This document shows, in pieces, positions 60,794-64,000 of a stretch of DNA of 64,000 bases. The DNA lies in assembly GCA_902776375.1 (NCBI GenBank), contig CACYPV010000006.1, forward strand, positions 893 to 64,892, written 5' to 3'. Every line of letters starts with the position of its first letter. Positions within the stretch are counted from its first letter, which is position 1. This stretch comes from an uncultured Ruminococcus sp. (lineage in GTDB: Bacteria > Bacillota > Clostridia > Oscillospirales > Acutalibacteraceae). The notes under the pieces are model-generated. The model worked only from the letters and a program-made list of their open reading frames with translations. It was not told the DNA's origin and searched no databases. The translations under genes were made by a program, and so were the position numbers.

Positions 60794-61808
60794 TGATTTT
60801 CCCTTCAAGCTGCGGCACTGCGTTTGGGAGATAACGCTCGCGTGCTGCTTCAACTGCGCCTACTGCGGCTCGCGCGGCGGCAGGGCGCGGGAAAACGAGC
60901 TGACTACCGAGGAATGTCTTGACGTTGCGCGGCAGCTGGGCGAGATCGGGCTTAAAAGGATATCGCTTATAGGCGGCGAGGTTTTTATGCGCCCCGACTG
61001 GGAGCAAATAGTGCGCGCGCTGACCTCGCGCGGGATAATAACCTGCATTATCACAAACGGCTTTCGGCTTACGCCCGGGATGATCGACGCGTTAAAGAAC
61101 TTAAACATCGAATCCGTGGCGGTGTCGCTGGACGGCGTTGAGGAAGTCCACGACCCGTTCCGCCAAAAAGGCAGTTACCGCCGCGCCTTAGAAGCTATCG
61201 ACACGCTGACGGCGGCGGGCATACCGACCTCTGTTATAAGCGCCCTGCGCAGCGACAACGCGCCGCGTTTGGGCGAGCTGTACGAGGTGCTCAAAAGCAA
61301 AAAAATCTTCGCGTGGCAGATACAGGCGTGCTCGCCGATGGGCAACGCCCGCGAGAACGGGCTCAACGTGGCGTTCGACGCTAACGAGGTCATGCGATTT
61401 ATAAGAGATACCGCGCCTGCCGCGCCGTTTAGGATAGGGGCAGCGGACAATATAGGCTATTTTACCGACGACGAGCCGTACATACGCGGCATTTCGGGAA
61501 ACCCCTTCCCCGGCTGCGCCGCCGGGCTTTCGGTGATAGGCATCGACAGCGCGGGCAATGTGCGCGGCTGCGAGTCGATGTACGACGAGCGCTTCATCGA
61601 GGGCAACCTGCGCGAGAGGACGCTTGCGGATATTTGGACAGACCCCGAGGCGTTTGCCTACAACCGCCGCTTTGACGCGTCGATGCTCAGCGGCAAATGC
61701 AAGGGCTGCAAGCACGGAGAGTACTGCGCGGGCGGCTGCAGATCGTACAATTATTTTACGACCGGAAATATATACGAAAACCGATTATGCGGACGAACGC
61801 ATAAATAA
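60780..61808 (+). CDS. Radical SAM enzyme with a C-terminal SPASM-type auxiliary Fe-S domain
   Basis: CxxxCxxC in ITLACCFNCAYCGS; GGE motif (LIGGEVF); C-terminal Cys cluster GCAAG..GCES..CKGCKHGEYCAGGCRS. Confidence 0.9.
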   Translation: MKSADDFPFKLRHCVWEITLACCFNCAYCGSRGGRARENELTTEECLDVARQLGEIGLKRISLIGGEVFMRPDWEQIVRALTSRGIITCIITNGFRLTPGMIDALKNLNIESVAVSLDGVEEVHDPFRQKGSYRRALEAIDTLTAAGIPTSVISALRSDNAPRLGELYEVLKSKKIFAWQIQACSPMGNARENGLNVAFDANEVMRFIRDTAPAAPFRIGAADNIGYFTDDEPYIRGISGNPFPGCAAGLSVIGIDSAGNVRGCESMYDERFIEGNLRERTLADIWTDPEAFAYNRRFDASMLSGKCKGCKHGEYCAGGCRSYNYFTTGNIYENRLCGRTHK

Positions 61809-61832
61809 ATGATACAAAGTGAGGACGCCGAG

Positions 61833-62540
61833 ATGACCAAAAGAAGCTTTAAACGCGCTTTTAAAGACAGCCTGCCGATAATGGCAGGCTATTTGGCGTT
61901 GGGCATCGGCTACGGCGTGCTTTTGCAGAGCAAGGGCTACAGCTTTTGGTGGGCTATACTTATGAGCGTAACGATGTTCGCGGGCTCGGGTCAATACGCC
62001 GGAGTGGATTTTATGGCGAGCGGCGCGTCGCTGCTGACTACCGCGTTCATGACGCTTATAATCAACTGCCGCCACTTCTTTTACGGGGTCTCGCTGCTCG
62101 ACAAATACCGCGGCACGGGTATAGTGAAGCCGTACCTTATTTTCGGACTGACGGACGAGACCTACTCGATAACCGCCACGACGACCCTTGAGGACGATAT
62201 CAGCCCGAAAAAATACTACTTTTTCCTGACCGCGCTGAATCACAGCTACTGGATAACGGGCTGCGTGCTGGGCGCGGTGCTGGGAATGATAATGCCGTTT
62301 TCTGGCGAGGGCATCGACTTCGCGATGACGGCGCTGTTCATCGTAATTATGACGGATCAATGGCTGAAAAGCAAGCAGCACCTGCCCGCCATACTGGGTG
62401 CGGGAACAACGGTGGTTTGCCTGGTGATCTTCGGCGCGGAGTATTTTATTGTGCCCGCTTTGTTCCTTATAGCTTTAGAGCTTATGCTGCTGCGCAAAAA
62501 GCTCGAAAAACCGGCAAGCGAGGTGGAAAACGATGAATGA
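61833..62540 (+). CDS. azlC: AzlC family branched-chain amino acid permease/exporter subunit
   Basis: FKDSLPIMAGYLALGIGYGVL.. plus multiple TM helices. Followed by azlD with an 8-nt overlap. Confidence 0.85.
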   Translation: MTKRSFKRAFKDSLPIMAGYLALGIGYGVLLQSKGYSFWWAILMSVTMFAGSGQYAGVDFMASGASLLTTAFMTLIINCRHFFYGVSLLDKYRGTGIVKPYLIFGLTDETYSITATTTLEDDISPKKYYFFLTALNHSYWITGCVLGAVLGMIMPFSGEGIDFAMTALFIVIMTDQWLKSKQHLPAILGAGTTVVCLVIFGAEYFIVPALFLIALELMLLRKKLEKPASEVENDE

Positions 62541-62862
62541 TATGCACGCTCTGCTGCAGGTGCTTGTTATGGCGGCTGTTATAGCCTTTACGCGCTTTTT
62601 GCCGTTTTTGGCGTTCCCCGAGGGGCGCAAAAGGCCGCAGGTCATCACATATTTGGGCAGCGTGCTGCCATATGCTATTATCGGCATGCTGGTGGTGTAC
62701 TGCTTTAAGGGCGTTTCGGTAATGCAATGGCCTTACGGGCTGCCCGAGCTTATCGCCTCGGCGTTCGTTGTTGGGATGTACGTCTGGCGGCGCAACACAC
62801 TGATAAGCGTTTTCGGCGGCGTTGCGGTATACATGCTGCTGGTACAGCTTGTTTTCAAATGA
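62533..62862 (+). CDS. azlD: AzlD family branched-chain amino acid transport protein
   Basis: 109-aa four-helix hydrophobic protein (TRFLPFLAF) in the canonical position after azlC. Confidence 0.8.
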   Translation: MNDMHALLQVLVMAAVIAFTRFLPFLAFPEGRKRPQVITYLGSVLPYAIIGMLVVYCFKGVSVMQWPYGLPELIASAFVVGMYVWRRNTLISVFGGVAVYMLLVQLVFK

Positions 62863-62870
62863 GGTAATTT

Positions 62871-63431
62871 ATGGGGATAATTGAACTTATACTGCTATCT
62901 GTCGGGCTTGCGATGGACGCGTTCGCGGTGTCGATCTGCAAGGGGCTGTCGGTCAGAGAGCTCAAGCCTAAGCACGGTTTGATCGCGGGCGCGTACTTCG
63001 GCGGCTTTCAGGCGCTTATGCCGCTTATCGGCTGGCTGCTGGGCAGGCAGTTTGAGGAGCTGATAAAGAGCGTCGACCATTGGATAGCGTTCGGTCTGCT
63101 TGTGCTGATAGGCGCAAACATGATACGCGAGTCGTTCGGCGGCGAGGACGAGCAGAACGCCTCGTTCTCGTTCAAGGCTATGCTGCCGCTGGCGATAGCC
63201 ACGAGCATAGACGCGCTTGCGGTGGGCGTGACCTTCGCGTTTTTGGAGGTAAACATCGTTCTGGCGATCACGCTGATAGGCGTTATCACCTTTGCGATAT
63301 CGGCGGCAGGCGTGAAAATAGGCAATGTTTTCGGCACGAGGTTCAAGTCAAAGGCGGAATTCGCCGGCGGCGTTATTCTTATTTTGCTGGGAATAAAAAT
63401 ACTGGTCGAGCATTTATTCTTCGGAGGATAG
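62871..63431 (+). CDS. mntP: Manganese efflux pump MntP
   Basis: [10 protein letters not shown] and the repeated [10 protein letters not shown] motif; 186 aa with six TM helices. Confidence 0.9.
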   Translation: MGIIELILLSVGLAMDAFAVSICKGLSVRELKPKHGLIAGAYFGGFQALMPLIGWLLGRQFEELIKSVDHWIAFGLLVLIGANMIRESFGGEDEQNASFSFKAMLPLAIATSIDALAVGVTFAFLEVNIVLAITLIGVITFAISAAGVKIGNVFGTRFKSKAEFAGGVILILLGIKILVEHLFFGG

Positions 63432-63780
63432 AAGCTAGATGCTAGAAGCTAGAGGCTAGATGCTAGATAGTTGAGAGTTGAGAGTTGAGAGTGGAGAGTT
63501 GTTTCAAATCTACAATTAACAATCTACAATCTACAGTGAAGGGTCGCTTCGCTCCGATTTGTGTTGCGTTTGGTTTAATGGAAACGCTTTGCGGTTAGCC
63601 GTTGCCTCCTGCTGTCATTCTGAGCGGTGCCGGAGGCAAAATCGCGTTCAGCGATTTAGTCGAAGGATCCCCCTCGGCAATGAACCAAACGCTTCTGCTA
63701 ATACATCTAGCATCTAGCATCTAGCATCTAGCATCTTCACTTTCAACTTTCAATTTTCAATTTTCAACTAAAAAAACGGA
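63432..63780. repeat. Largest composite repeat element: several word families, a half TIR-like core, a long-range stem and module B
   Basis: CTAG words at 63432-63468, GTTGAGAG words at 63469-63500, CAATCTACA words at 63507-63535, GGGTCGCTTCGCTCCGATT at 63541-63559, GCGTTTGGTT/AACCAAACGC stem (63566-63575 / 63683-63692), module B at 63613-63673, CATCTAG words at 63705-63737 and TTCAACTTT words at 63738-63768. Confidence 0.85.
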
Positions 63781-63788
63781 GGTTTATT

Positions 63789-64000
63789 ATGAGCACTGTT
63801 GAGCAACTGCAGGAAGTGATAGACAAAAGCCAAAGGATCGTATTCTTCGGCGGAGCGGGCGTGAGCACCGAGAGCGGTATTCCCGACTTTCGCAGCGTGG
63901 ACGGGCTGTACAATCAGAAGTACGACTATCCGCCCGAGCAGATTTTGTGCCGCACCTTCTTTGAAAGGCACACAGACGAGTTTTACCGCTTTTACCGCGA
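63789..64000 (+). CDS. NAD-dependent protein deacylase (Sir2 family), N-terminal part (3' end outside window)
   Basis: ATG behind a GGAGG SD; FFGGAGVSTESGIPDFRS is the sirtuin motif. The frame is open to the window edge. Confidence 0.85.
   Translation, partial: MSTVEQLQEVIDKSQRIVFFGGAGVSTESGIPDFRSVDGLYNQKYDYPPEQILCRTFFERHTDEFYRFYR

Noticed and set aside
62863-62870. yybP-ykoY Mn riboswitch expected upstream of mntP.
   Set aside because: Only 8 nt separate azlD and mntP, so there is no room for a riboswitch. mntP appears to be co-transcribed with azlCD here.

Overview
The window looks like a chromosomal segment of a fairly G+C-rich Clostridia-type Firmicute (Oscillospiraceae/Ruminococcaceae-like); this is inferred from gene content, with no database search. 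Most of it is housekeeping: metY, recD2, an mreB-like gene, gltX, glnS, a fabK-fabD-fabG-fabF-accB-fabZ-accC-accD-accA operon, murT/gatD, ddl-murF, upp, a two-subunit Fe-S fumarate hydratase, azlCD and mntP. Several accessory blocks sit among these genes. (1) Amylosome-like cohesin/dockerin genes: a GH13 alpha-amylase with three starch-binding-type modules and an internal dockerin, two cohesin-like+dockerin paralogues, a cohesin-like lipoprotein, a CotH-dockerin protein and one more dockerin protein. (2) A sortase-dependent pilus operon: a 1300-aa tip adhesin, a backbone pilin and two sortases. The adhesin carries a fibro-slime/PA14-like segment and a module of the same WPG..M type as the amylase starch-binding modules. 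(3) A radical SAM/SPASM enzyme translationally coupled to an ORF absent from the supplied ORF track (48 codons), which is a paralogue of the N-terminus of the upstream YAGP-repeat zinc-ribbon protein; this is a candidate peptide-modification system. (4) A visibly lower-G+C islet with a holin-like mini-toxin ORF, a membrane protein plus ECF sigma factor, and a HigA antitoxin next to a nonsense-mutated HigB/RelE toxin. (5) A pervasive family of nested, palindromic intergenic repeat elements. They combine 7-8-nt stop-codon-containing 'word' arrays, a TIR-like core, and a ~60-nt two-hairpin module that shows compensatory substitutions. Four of these elements lie inside the fab/acc operon. I found no rRNA, tRNA, CRISPR array, transposase or integrase. 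All coordinates and calls come from reading the sequence and ORF track by eye; domain boundaries are approximate.
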